A stretch of 64,000 bases of DNA from Laetmonice hystrix (Eukaryota): the NCBI GenBank assembly GCA_965235115.1, contig OZ249440.1:33048001-33112000 (forward strand). The letters run 5' to 3'. This document shows positions 50,690 through 63,194 of this stretch, one piece after another (the first letter of the stretch is position 1; each line of letters opens with the position of its first letter). A program made the position numbers and the translations under genes. The notes beneath the pieces are model-generated. The model ran no database searches. It had not been told where the DNA came from and saw nothing but the letters and a program-made list of their open reading frames with translations.

Positions 50690-52094
50690 GAAAGGTGGAA
50701 GTCTCCAAGGTCCTAGAACTGTATTCAAAGCAGAAGGAAACCGACACACGTGTCGTCCTGTACCTCAATCACGGAGTGGCGGTGGCCTAGTGGGCATGGA
50801 TGTCGACACCTTATGCTATGCGAATGGGTGCAGTAATCTTGGGGCCGGGGTTCGATTCCTGTAGAGGACTATACAACTTTTCTGTTTAGGGACATTGTCA
50901 AAGTAATTGGGTTACCCCTGATGCCCGTGCATTTCAAAAGAAAAATGTAGTCCAAGCAGGCTTCAAGTCTTCTGTGGTCCGTACTCCGGACACTGGCATT
51001 TTTTTCATTCTCCTCTCTTATGCACACGCCGTAAAGCTCACCATATATTTGGACACTGGGGTGGGCAAACACAGACAAATGATTTATGTGTCTGCCATTC
51101 CCAAATCATTGGGAAGGGACTACTGTGATGCTCTGCTTGGGTTTTATGTTTTCACTGGCGAGTCCTGCACCAGTGCCTTCAAAGGCAAGGGAAAGGTAGT
51201 TCCCTTGAAGAAGCTCCAGAATACCTAAAAACATTCCAGCAGCTTGGGTCAGAATGGAATGTAGAGTTCAAGCTCTACCACAACTGGAAGCATTCACCTG
51301 CCTCATGTATGGATATCCTCGTGAGACCAGTCTAAACGAGGTGAGGGCACTGATGCTGAAGAAGATGGTGGGAGAAGATAAGAAAATTACAGTTAAATCC
51401 AAGGTGGAGTTGTCTAGGCTTCCATCTTGTGCTGACTCCAATGCCCCTCACGTTGACCGGGTCAATCACCGCGTTGCCTTGTTTAAAAGGTCAAACATGT
51501 CCCTCTACTGGGTTCCTAAACATGATGGGACAAGGATTGGTGAAGGAGGGTGACCTGTTTGAACCCCTGTGGTCACATGGACCCATTTTACCACCCTTTC
51601 TCATTGACCTTCTGGACACAGCTGAGTATGAGGAGGAGAACGGCGATGAAGAAGTCACTGACTATGATGACTTGCTGGAGTATCTGGAGGATGATAATGA
51701 GGGTACCTAGGTTTGCCTTGCCTAATACGCTGTGTTTGTGTGTGAAGTGAGGTATTTGAAGTCAATCTAACAGAAAAAAAAATGCTCCTAATCATCTTTC
51801 TCCGTTATCACAAAATTAATGTTTTTAATCGTTTTCTTATATCGAAATTGTTTGAAAAAGTGGGCTCATTTGTCTTTTTGTGATGTCTGTTTCAAAAGTT
51901 ATGAAAGTTATTGATCTTTGCCGATCGCCGATGACGAAATCCAAGATGGCCGCCATATGAACCCCATGGGACATTATTTCAAGGTGTTAATGTAACATTG
52001 ATTTTTGTTTATTGGACACCATAATGAGTATAAAAAAGTAGGTGTCGTTAAATGTTCCGGGGGGTGCATGGGGGGCCCCCTACCGACCCGACTA
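50690..52094 (+). mobile_element. Academ 3' fragment (XPG-like C-terminal region plus right end)
   Basis: ETDTRVVLY, VVRTPDTGIF, ALLGFYVFTG..TSAFKGKGK, FTCLMYG, LSRLPSC..HVDRVNH, acidic tail; ends ...cccgacta. Confidence 0.75.
50773..50945 (+). mobile_element. tRNA-headed SINE fragment inside the Academ ORF
   Basis: A-box tggcctagtgg, B-box gggttcgattcc, A-rich end; it interrupts LYLNH|VQAGFKS. Confidence 0.6.
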
Positions 52095-52095
52095 A

Positions 52096-53390
52096 TAGGC
52101 CTTGCCTTGTTACAAAAGCGGTCTTGGGGATGTCGGCTTTTTTTATGGGGATCTGGAAATAACTATGGTCGTAAAAATAACTGAGCATGCCATGGCATCT
52201 AAGCAGTCTTGTGTCCTAGGGATATGCATCCTTCTGGGTTAGACTGTTAACTCTTTGGTAGTTGACACATGGTCGAATCTTGCCATTTTCTTCCTTACCA
52301 ATACTATAGGGGAGGCCCAAGGTGAGCTTGACTCCCGTATGACACCCTGATGCTTGAGATTTTGAACTGCTTCTGCTTCTTCTTTGACAAGGGCCAAAGG
52401 TACACGGCGTGGGGGTTGTTTTACAGGTCTGGATTCCCTGTTGGTATCTCATGCTCGGCTAGGTTCGTGTGTCCCAGATCCATGTCATTTACTGAGAATA
52501 CATCACTAAAGTCACAGATGATGTTCCTGATAGAGCTTTGTTCACTTTCTGATTTTCCCTTTGTTGCATTGTTATATATCTCCACCAGATGTTCTGGGAT
52601 TTCCTGCCCCATAGTTTGTTCGGCCACTAGAAAAGGTCCTCCTATGTCCTTATCCCAACCTGAGGTGTGGCTGGTCTTTCCTGTGATTGCTGCCACTGAG
52701 TTGATGGAACTTTCCTGTGTGTTAACTTTTGGCATGACCTTCCTTGCAGCTACCATCCGCGACGGTTCCTGCAGAACATCCCTTGCTGTGGCCCCGGAGC
52801 CCCTCGGTTCCTCCAGTGCCTGGTCCCTCTCTTATGTGTGAATCGACATAGACTTCTATTTCAGCCTCGGTGTTCCCTGCAATACGACACGTGTCAGCTG
52901 CCGTAACTTTGAGAAGGTTACCGCGGATATGAGTGCATGGCACTACTTTATTATCAATTTTTACCCTATGCTCGCTAGTGATGACATCCATGTGCTCCCC
53001 GATGTCCATGCCCAGTAACACGTCATCCTTGAAGTTGCAAACTCACAACTGCCGCACCATCTATTTGTAATGGGTTCCCATCTGCCTGTTTTAGGGGAGC
53101 TTGCTGTTCACTTTTTATTTCTGGGCTCTTTCCCCCACGTATTTTCCCAAAAATCCTCTTGGACACTATGGTTCTACTAGCTCCGGTATCCACCGTATAC
53201 CACACTGGAATGCCACAAACCTGCCCCTGAACATATACCCCGCTGCACTTGGGTAGTTTCCGTCTAACTATGTCAACTTCTCCCTTTACTACTTCTATAG
53301 GCCTTTCTTTATCAACTGGAATATCCCTGTTTCCCAGAGACGTATCTTCATTACTGGTCGCTTCTTGGTCTGCAGGAATGACCATATTTA
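52096..53390 (-). pseudogene. pol: Gypsy pol 5' part (aspartic protease, linker, start of RT)
   Basis: YTVDTGASRT, LLGMD, FSDVFS..DLGHT..HEIPTG, RPCVNYQRVNSLTQKDAYP, YFQIPI..DIPKTAF. Confidence 0.9.
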
Positions 53391-54111
53391 GTTTAATGGC
53401 AATTCACGTGGTATTTCCTGGGTTGGTCCCTGATTTCCTGCTGAACCGTTAGCTGTCTGCTCTGGTGGATAGTATGACCTTGACATGGCATGTATCCTTT
53501 GGGTTGGCTGACTGTGACTCGCACTAAACTGGGGTGTCGAGATGCCAGGCTGAACGGCTACCTGCATCTGACCTGTGACCCATGGAGCTGCTGGACATTC
53601 CCTAGCAAAGTGGCCTTCGGTGCCACAGTTGTAACAGCAACCCCCTCTCTGTCGTTGTTGCTGCTGCCTAGTGTTGCTTGTCCTGCTGCGATTAGGGTTG
53701 TTTGGTGGGTTGTAGGGTTGTCCATTACCAAGATTTGATCTAGGGTCTCTGCCCAGTGATAGAAGGCAATTCCTCTCAGTGTCATCCAATCTCTTTAATA
53801 TTTTGTCCAAGACACTTTTCATTTTTGATGTGACATCTTCACTCTTTCCTTTTGGGGATGCTTGGGGTGGAGGGGGGTCCTTGTTCCCAGACACAGGGGA
53901 GGGTTCTGTTTGCTGGGGTGTTATTGCGTGAGTCAATACTTGGGGTTTCTTAGGGCGGCCTGGCGCCCTGGCAATCCTGCCATGATTGTTCTCCTCCTCT
54001 GACTCATAACAGTCTTCAAAAGGAGTGCTGAAGTCACCATTATCCGATGTGGTCAGTAGCCACTCTTGCTGCCGGGCCTGTCTGGTAGGACTGCGATGTC
54101 TCCCATCCATT

Positions 54112-54640
54112 TGTTATGTTGTAGCATGGAAGGGAAGACAGAAGTGGTGTAGCTGATGGTTTATTCTTCATGACAGACCATCTCTGTTTCTGATCCTCTA
54201 TGTATATATATCTTCGATATCACTCTACCATATATATATACCAAAATGCTTATCATGCTCAGGTGATTACAAAAGTCCCCTTCTCAGCAGTGGAGGAGGG
54301 TGTCTGATAGTTCCTCGTTTACATAACACATTGCATGTGGATATCAAAGGTTCGAGCTGGCCCCACTGAAATGTTGTGCATACATTACTGCAGGTGATGT
54401 ATTACACATATCTTTAGATCCAGTGATAATGCTTCATTACACTAGAGCTTGATTACTTGATGGTAATGCATGTGTGTTGTGATAATACATAGCCAGGACT
54501 GAGATCAAAGATATGATAACAGTCCATGTATGTTTGGGCATGTTTGTACTGTCTGGCTCTTAACATGTGTTAACTTATGTCAATGTTGTCTAGCGGTAAA
54601 GTTTGTGACTGAGAATAGAAGTTGAGAGAAATATACCACA
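54112..54640 (-). mobile_element. Solo-LTR-like insert (~530 bp)
   Basis: TG...CA ends; on the minus strand a TATA-like run (~54240) precedes aataaa (~54164); no TSD. Confidence 0.6.
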
Positions 54641-54936
54641 TGCTCTTGGTTCCGAAAAAATTTATGATAGCGAACTATTTCCTTAAAGGAATTTGTGAAC
54701 TCTTAAATTTTATCATCAACGCATCAGAAGAACTGTTCTTTCGATAAAGTATACCACACATTGTTTCCCGCTTACTTTGCCTCTGCCTAGTTTCTTGAAA
54801 ATCACAGCTTCATAGACTGCGTGATCTATATCTACTGGCCCCTTTATATACTTTATGTTGAAACGTGCCCCCTCATCTCCAAGCCCGTCCATAAATCTGA
54901 CAAGGTCCTCGGCCCTGGTCCTCTGGTCCCGATTTG

Positions 54937-55345
54937 TAGAGCCAGTCAATTTCCGCGATCACGGAATCGCGGACGGAATCGCGGAATTTACTATTTGAAA
55001 CGGAATTTCCTATCTGAAACGGAATTTCCAGTGTAAAACGGAAAATGACGGAAAACGTTTTTTTTACTACTGGTAATTCCCCAGTCGACCGTATACAGTG
55101 TAGCTGGGACCTGGGTTGGCCTGACTGGACCCGCTAGAGGAGTGGGGTGGGAGGGTCATGAGTATGCTCGAGCTCTTCTTAGAGCAAACAGACTGGACTC
55201 GCAAATGTGACAGGTGTGCAGATACGGTTGTGCATTTTTTGGGACACCCTCTATCCTGAGAAAATACTAAAACGGAAAAAAAACGGAATTTTAAAAATTC
55301 AAAACGGAATTTCCTGGCAAAGATCACGGAATTTGACTGGGTCTA
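54937..55345. mobile_element. hAT-type MITE with a 6-bp TSD, copy 2 (inverted)
   Basis: Near-identical to 43216-43624; TSD gatttg. Confidence 0.9.
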
Positions 55346-55471
55346 GATTTGGGTAGGCTTTGTCATATAGCCGCTTGAGCTCAGCTGAATAGGCCTCATG
55401 TGATTCCCCAGATCGCTGCTCCCGATTACTAAAAAGGGCACGGTAGGTTTTGGTGGTCTCTACCACCTTAA

Positions 55472-58400
55472 ACAGGAACCGTCATTGATGTGTTAAAATG
55501 TGGAATAGTGGCATACACATGTCTTACTTAATGCACATAATACATTCCAGGCTGCTCACGGGGGGGGGGGGGGGGAAATTCCACAAGCACTTTATAGCCT
55601 TTTTTTGCAAAATGGACACAGAAAGGTTCAAATTGCGCGCAAATTATGTTAATGAGGTTTTGACGTCAAATCGAGAACACAACCGAGAGGAAAATGGCGG
55701 CCACAGTGGTAAATACGAGTGAGGACAGTGCACTCCTCCTCCTCGTTTAGGTTCTTGTCTAACTTTGAAGATTTTGTGCTACCGTACCAGAGTAGCAGGA
55801 TAAGACTGAAGTCAGTAAAGATTATCACCAACAACAGGCAGAACCACTGCAGTTTGGGCCGTACATCACGGTTCGAACCTGATCGAGGCCGGTGGATGGG
55901 GCAGTGTCACTGGCTGACGGGGGAGGGGGGGGCATGGCCGGACTAGTCTGCATGCAGTTGCTGACGGGGCCTGTCCACCAAGTCCACCAAATAGCGGAAA
56001 TTACACAAATTCTGATTGCTCTTTCGATCAGATAACAAGTTTAAGAATTGTCACCAGTCGGCATGAAATCATCGCCGATGACGATGCGTTTCCATGCTTT
56101 GTTTACAAACACCGACCGATCCGTGGCCACACACACACTGAGTCTGAGTGAAACGGGAATGGCAGGGTGGAAACAGACCACTAACTAATGCCAAACTTGG
56201 GCGAAATTGATGTAAATCGAGATTTAATTGACATCCATGGCCCATAGAGTAGGCTCCTATATAGACGAGATCTAGGCTTTTCGTGACAACTAGATGTAGG
56301 CCTATATCTGTTGTAAACGTTTTATTCTCGTTCAAAAACATGTGCTTCTTGACTTACAGAGTCCCATGCGCGCTAACCCACAGTGACCCGGATGTGGTTT
56401 TACAGCAAGCAGGCACGCGCATAACAACAAACACTATGGTGTGCCATAAGGCATTTAACTGTTTCAGCTTTTGTATATTTAACACTCCTTCTCAAAACTT
56501 AAACACAGTTACCCAGGAAACTTTGGATGCATACAATATTCATCAGTCTTACCAACTAATATAGAGACTAACTCACTAATACAGAGCATTAACTCCTAAC
56601 ATAGTACTCAGTTTGTGATGTTTTTCACGACTCACACCCTTTGTTAATATATCAGCTAGCATGTTTTTGGAGCTACAATACTCCGAACACAGTTTTCTTT
56701 TCCACCTGATCTCGAGTGAAATGATACTTGATTGCAATGTGCTTCATTCGGCCATGAAACTGCGGGTTCTTCGCTATTTCGATTGCAGCCTGATTATCCT
56801 CAAAAATAACCATTGCACCGACCTGATTACAACCAAGATCCTTTGACAGCCTCCTGAGTCGCACTCGCGAGGGCTACATACTCTGCCTCTGCAGTCGATA
56901 GGGCTACGCACAATTGCTTTCGGCTACTCCAGCTCACAGGAGCTCCACTTATGATGAAAACATACCCGGATGTGGATTTTCTATCACTTTTGTCCCCAGC
57001 CCAGTCCACATCACAATATCCAACACATTGCTCCTTCTCATCTCTGACGTACATCAAACCATAATTTTCTGTTCCTTTCAGGTATCTGAGAATTCTTTTT
57101 AAAGCTGACCAATGTTCTTTTGTTGGACAGGAACAGAATCTCGCCACACTGCCTACTGCAAAAGCGATGTCTGGTTGGGACCACGTTGAGAGATACAACA
57201 AGCTCCCAACAGCTGACTGATACAAGTCGCGATCGACCGTACAGATTCCATTATCTGCCTTCTCTAGCGTTGTACTGGTATCCACGGGTGTTGACACCGA
57301 TTTTGCTTCTTCCATGCCATACTTCTGCAGTATCTTTCTAGTATAGCCCTTTTGATTGATAGAGATACCCTGGTCACTCTGAATGAACAGCATTCCCAGG
57401 AACGATTTTAGTTCCCCCAAGTCCTTTACTTCAAAACTTTTTGCAATGCTATCCTTCACTTTTCTCATCAGCTTATCTGATTTTGTAGCAATGAACAAGT
57501 CATCAACATGGACCCCTACAATGACCATTTCTCCTTCTTTTCCAGTAAGTGTGTACATAGACATGGGTCACTCCTGGATTGAGCAAAACCCTGGCTTTTC
57601 AGGTGCTCATCAAGTTTTTCATTCCAACAGCGGGAAGACTGTTTTAATCCATAAAGACTCTTTTTTTAACTTACAAACCAGATTCTCTTTTCCTTTTACT
57701 GCATAACCTTGCGGTTGTTCCATGTATACCTCATCATTCAGAATTCCGTTTAGGAACGCTGTATCGACATCCATATGATGCACTTTGAAACCCCTTTTTG
57801 CAGCTATGGCCATTACCATACGTACTGACTCGGGTCGAACCACCGGACTAAAAGTTTCATTGAAGTCACTACCATATCTTTGGGAATAACCTTGGGCTAC
57901 AAGACGGGCCTTATATCTCTCCACTTCGTCTTCCGCATTGACCTTCACCTTAAAAACCCACCTATTACCCACAGCCTTCCGGCCTTCTGGGAGCTCAACT
58001 AGTTCCCATACATCCTTTTTCTGAAGGGACTTCAACTCCTCAGCCACTGCAACTTCCCACTTTGACCTCTCTGCACTGGCCATGGCTTCTCCCAGGTTTT
58101 TCGGCTCCTTAGGCTCTGACTGAACTAAGGTCACCCACTCTCCATAGCGGCCTGGTGGGTGTCTTTCCCTGTTAGATCGTCTCAGACAATCATCTTCTGC
58201 AACTACAGGTTCTTCTGTGTTTTGTTCACTTTCACCTGAACCTAGTTCTACATACTGCTTCACCTGCTCCTTTTCTGCTTCAAAACCTTTGTTTTCCTCA
58301 ACAAAAAGTACATCTCGGCTATAAAATACCTTCCTTCGTTGGTTGTCATATAACCTGTACCCCTTCCTCTGTTCACCGTATCCCAAGAAAATACATTGTC

Positions 58401-61400
58401 TCGCCTTAGGATCTAACTTGTCTCTTTCATCTTTTGGAATATGAGCGAAAGCCTTACATCCAAAAACTTTCAAAAGCTTAACATTCGGCTTTTTTCCAGT
58501 CAGTTCTTCCACAGGCGTTGTTCCTTGTAGCACGTTGGTTGGGCATCTGTTCCTAATGTAGACGGCGGTAGACAGGGCCTCTGCCCAAAACTGGTGTGGT
58601 AAGTTCGAATCTGACAGCATGGATCTTACCATCTCCACCAAGGTTCTATTCAACCGCTCTGCACACCCATTTTGTTCGGGCGTTTTTGGAATTGTCAGCT
58701 CATGCTTTATACCATTAACTTTGAGAAAATTCTCAAACTGACTAGATATATACTCTCCCCCATTGTCCGTGCGGAGAGCTTTTATCTGCCTACCAGTTGC
58801 CTTCTCCACCATGACTTTGAACTCCTTGAATTTTTCATACACCTCATCTTTTCGTTTTAAGACATATACCCAGGTATACCTTGACTTATCGTCTACAAAG
58901 GTTAGGAAATATTGGGCACCACTTAGCGACTGCGTGCTAATCTTGCCACAGACATCACTGTGTATCAACTCTAACACCTCTTGACACCGTTTTAACACCT
59001 CTTGACACCGTTTTGAATCACTAGAGGGAAACTTACTTCGGTGATGTTTTCCAGCTGCACACGGCTCGCAGAAGCTGATTTCCTTGTTCGCATCATAAGT
59101 AAAACCCTCCACCAGATTCTCTCTCGCCAGTTTTCTCAATGACTGAACATTGAGGTGGCCATAACGGCGATGCCAAACATCCTCCTTTTTGTGATCAACC
59201 ACATACACCTGTTCACACTGTGCGATGTTTAGATGGTACAAGTTTCCTACACGCCTGGCTGACGCAACCACTGTACCACTATTGCTTCTGATTTTACATC
59301 CTGAACCACTGAACTCAGTTGTCTTACCAGTTTTTCCTACTTGGGATACACTCAGTAGGTTATACGACAAATCAGGTACATACTAAACATTGGAAAGCCT
59401 ACATTTCTGAACTTTACCCTTAGACAGTTCCATGTACAAAACTACATCACCAGTTCCTACTGCACCCAAACTTCGACCATCACCAAGTGTTACTTTCACA
59501 GGACTTTTTAAACCAACGAACTTTGCAAACATTCTACGATCATTACACATGTGACACGTAGCACCCGAGTCTACTAACTAAGCATTTGATCCATCAGAGT
59601 TTGTTGCCACAGCATGACAGGCAACAAGACCGATACTCTCATCACTGGAATCATTACTTTTGGTTTCTGCTTTGTTGACTCTCTGCTGCACAGGACGTTT
59701 TGACCTTGCTTCTGCACCTTTTGCACCTGATTTTAGTTTCTGTAATTTAGGACACTTTCTCTTTATGTGACCAAAAGCTCTACAGTGGTAACACATTGGT
59801 CCCTTTTTGTCTTGAGAAAACAAAACCTTATCTGAATGTTCATCACCGCGCTCACTCATTTTCCGCTCTTCATGCATTAGTCTTTCGACCACAACGTCCA
59901 TCTTTGGCACCTCGGCATTTGCCTCAAAAACTGTGACGAGCATGTCGAACTTCTCAGGAAGACTCGCTAGTAGGTACACTACTCTATCCTCTTCACTTAT
60001 CTGGTCACCAACCGCAGATAATTCCGTGAAGATTTCCGTCATCTGTTTCACATGCGCTTGCACTGACTCGCTATCTTTTAATTTCAACGTGAAAAGTTTG
60101 CGCCTCAGAGTCAGCTTGTTTGCCCAAGTCGGTTTTTGGAAGTGATTACGCAACGAGTCCCATCCTTCCTTTGGATTTTGCGGCTCCCCCAGCAGATAGA
60201 GAAGTGACGGGACCACCGCCAGCGCTCTGTCACTCCTGGCTACAAACTTGGCTCTATCGTTAGCTCCCTCAGGTTCTAGCTCAGCTCCTGTAACGATCCT
60301 CCAGAGGTTGTCCTTCATCAGTGCCATTTGACACTAAAGCTTCCACGTGGGGTAATTTTTTCCATTCAGTGGAACGATGGGATTAGTACTCACGGTGCCC
60401 GATGCCGCCATCTTGTCTGGAAAGCCTCACGTGTCTCACACAAAAATGTCGAAAACACAATCAAGCATTAAGCACGCTTCCCGTTCACAAACAAGATTCT
60501 TCTAAACACCAGAAGTGTCTCCGGCTTGTCACCTTCTGAGAGTCCTACTTCTCATTCGCTGTCTGGGCTCATAACCTGTTGTAAATCACGTTTTATTCTC
60601 GTTCAAAAACATGTGCTTCTTGACTTACAGAGTCCCATGCGCGCTAACCCACAGTGACCCGGATGTGGTTTTACAGCAAGCAGGCACGCGCATAACAACA
60701 AACACTATGTTGTGCCATAAGGCATTTAACTGTTTAAGCTTTTGTATATTTAACAATATCGTATATGTAAACGGTGGCGGATCCTGACTGTCACTCAGTC
60801 AGGTAGCTTGAGCGGCAGTCATTGCTTTGTTTGCGGCTGTTCGCGGCTTCCGACCGTCACCCACGCAGCTACACTGCCGTTACAGTCAGGCATGAGCTAC
60901 AGTCAGGCTGCCATGGTGAGTTTGTCTTGACTTTGGGTCCGCCGCTCCTACAAACCTATAAAGATTAGGCTAAACTCTATGGCTAAACCCAACTTGTATT
61001 TGCCCAGTTGTCGGAACAATCGGCAGCACAACGTACAACAGGCTTGTGCCAAGTTGTGGGCGGTGGCTCCCAGACCCAGTGGCAGAGCGCTCTCTGGCCT
61101 TGGGCTTGACAAATATTTTTCGGATGCTGCTGAGTGCTGATTACTCCAAGGAAACTCAAATAATTTGTTGTCCTGGTGGTCACAGAACATAGCTACACAC
61201 CGTCGGGACATTTTTCTAACTTAAAATGTATTTTATAAAATGAATATCACTAGTCTAGATCACCGGCTACGTAACGCCTCGAGCAGTGGCACACACAGGG
61301 GAATCCCCAAACGTCAGAAAGACCGTTCTCGATTTGACGTCATTATCTGGTGCGGTTTTTGAATGGCATTTCGTTTCTAGGGCCGTTGCTATGGGCCGTT

Positions 61401-61512
61401 CTAATTAACGGGTGGACATAATAAAACGCAATTAACGAATGTTATTCCTCTATCGTATTACATTCAGTACATATCATGAGATGCCTTCTAAATGACAGTT
61501 GACGGTACATCT
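55472..61512. mobile_element. Kolobok-type deletion derivative (~1.6 kb net) hosting the Copia
   Basis: TTAA TSD (55468-55471, 61513-61516); TIR acaggaaccgtca/tgacggtacatct; THAP-like start MSRRCVAMFC..LFEFP near 61210 on the minus strand. Confidence 0.85.
56309..60755 (-). mobile_element. Full-length Ty1/Copia LTR retrotransposon with decayed gag-pol (60411 to ~56600)
   Basis: LTRs 60577-60755 and 56309-56484; TSD atatc; PBS ggttatgagcccag; PPT ttttgagaaggag; order Gag CCHC, DSGA, integrase (HSDVCG, RTDNGGEY, QNGCAER), RT (HVDD), RNase H. Confidence 0.97.
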
Positions 61513-61959
61513 TTAAAGCGACTGTTTAATTCCTGGACCAGTCGTCCATAATTCCTGCGGGAATCGGGGTTGAGCTGTCCATATACAAATTCCCCAGCTG
61601 GACCCTGCAGCCTTGGTAAGAGTTCCACAAGCTTCTGTTCCTCATCCCACTTTCTCAGCCTTGCCACGTCTATAAATCGGTTATACGAGATATCCCATCG
61701 TTCTTTCCCAGTGAATGGTGTGAGCTTAATGTAACTTTGAGGGCCTTGACGTGGGTTGTACCTGTCCTCTTGGAAGTGGGGGTAATTGGATGCATCCCAA
61801 GGAGCTGGTTATTCTCTGGTGGGTCCATACTCCCTGGATCCAGGATGGGATGAAGGGTCAGTACTGGAGTGGCCCGCCCGTGCAGTGGGAAAGCGGGGCT
61901 CAGTAGGGATTCTCTGTGGGACATCCCCATGTCCTGGTAGCTCAGTGGGGAAGTCTGTT

Positions 61960-63180
61960 AATATCTCCCTTGCCATCCAAATGTGCCAACTGCAGGCAAG
62001 GTCATTCTACTGTTTCACGTGAATGTTCCGTGTGGAAAAAGGAGAAAGAAATCCTAAAGGTTAAAACAGAAAGAAAACTTAGTTTCCCTGAGGCACGCAA
62101 ATTGGTGGAGCAATATTTGCTTCCACCAACAGTTAAAACCTATGCTGCCGCTGTTAAGCCTACCACACGGACTTTTGCTTGTCAAACGGAGATGGTGTGG
62201 GTCAAGGGGGATAAACCTGTGATCTACCCTGATCCCGCTGACAGCACAAATGAACCACCTAAAAAAGCTGCCTCAACACAGAGCCAGACAACCTCGGTTC
62301 CTCCTCCACAGGCCGGGCCGAGTACCAAAGAACCATCTCCGAAGAAAGATCAACCGAATACCAAAAAGCCATCTACCAAAAAAGATCAAACAAAAAAAAA
62401 ACAATCACAGATCGGCTGCCCAAAGCAGCCTCCAACAATAGTGCACTAGCACTTACAAACAATTTTCAGCATCTTCAGGATGTTGAAATGGCTGATGCTA
62501 CGACTTGTCGTAGCTGCAGCCTTTCCCCCAAAATAAAATCTAGGGGGCGTTTGCCTGTTAAACCACCTTGATGGCAGGCAACTGCTTCCTCCAATGGAAT
62601 TGTCGAGGTTTTAGAGCCAATTTTCATGAGCTCAGACTTTTAGCAGAAAACCTTGATCCTCTTGCCCTTTGTCTCGGGCAGTAAGAAATGTTTCCTGTAG
62701 ACAAAGTCTCATTTAAGGGCTATCAGACTTTCTTTGGTTTTGCACCAGATGTTGATCGTGCTGCTGGCGGCACTGCCATTCTGGTTCGACAAGACCTCAT
62801 CCATAGCCCTGTTACAATAGACACACCATTACAAGCAATAGCCATACGCCTAACTCTACATAAAGCCATCACTATCTGCTCCATATACATTCCCCCAAAT
62901 AATAACTTGGCCCACCAGGATCTTAATGATTTAGTGGGTCAACTGCCAACTCCGTATCTCCTTTTGGGAGTTTTTAATGGCCACAATCCCTTATGGGATG
63001 GCACCACAACTGATGGCAAGGGCAAGAGGATTGAAGAGTTCATTGATAATCATGCTCTATGCATTTTTAATGATGGTTAAAACATATACTTACATCCCGG
63101 TCATGGCACTTATACAGCCATTGACCTTGCAATAGCTGAACCAGATCTGCTGCTGGATTATTCCTGGAGGGTCTGGGATA
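61960..63180 (+). pseudogene. I-group LINE 5' piece: ORF1 C-terminus and ORF2 AP endonuclease (ATG ~62571)
   Basis: CANCRQGHSTVSRECSVWKKEKEI..LSFPEARK; LQWNCRGFRAN, GGTAIL, SIYIPP, LLG.FNGHNPLW, AIDL. Confidence 0.9.
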
Positions 63181-63194
63181 CAACCAATCATTAA

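Larger units (their letters stand above)
53388..61955 (-). pseudogene. gag: Gypsy gag in four pieces (61955-61513, 55471-55346, 54936-54771, 54111-53388)
   Basis: Removing the inserts gives ..ELLPRLQGPAGEFVYGQL..ELNSRFK|VVETTKTYRALF..LYDKAYPN|RDQRTRAEDL..; knuckle CYNCGTEGHFAREC. Confidence 0.85.
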
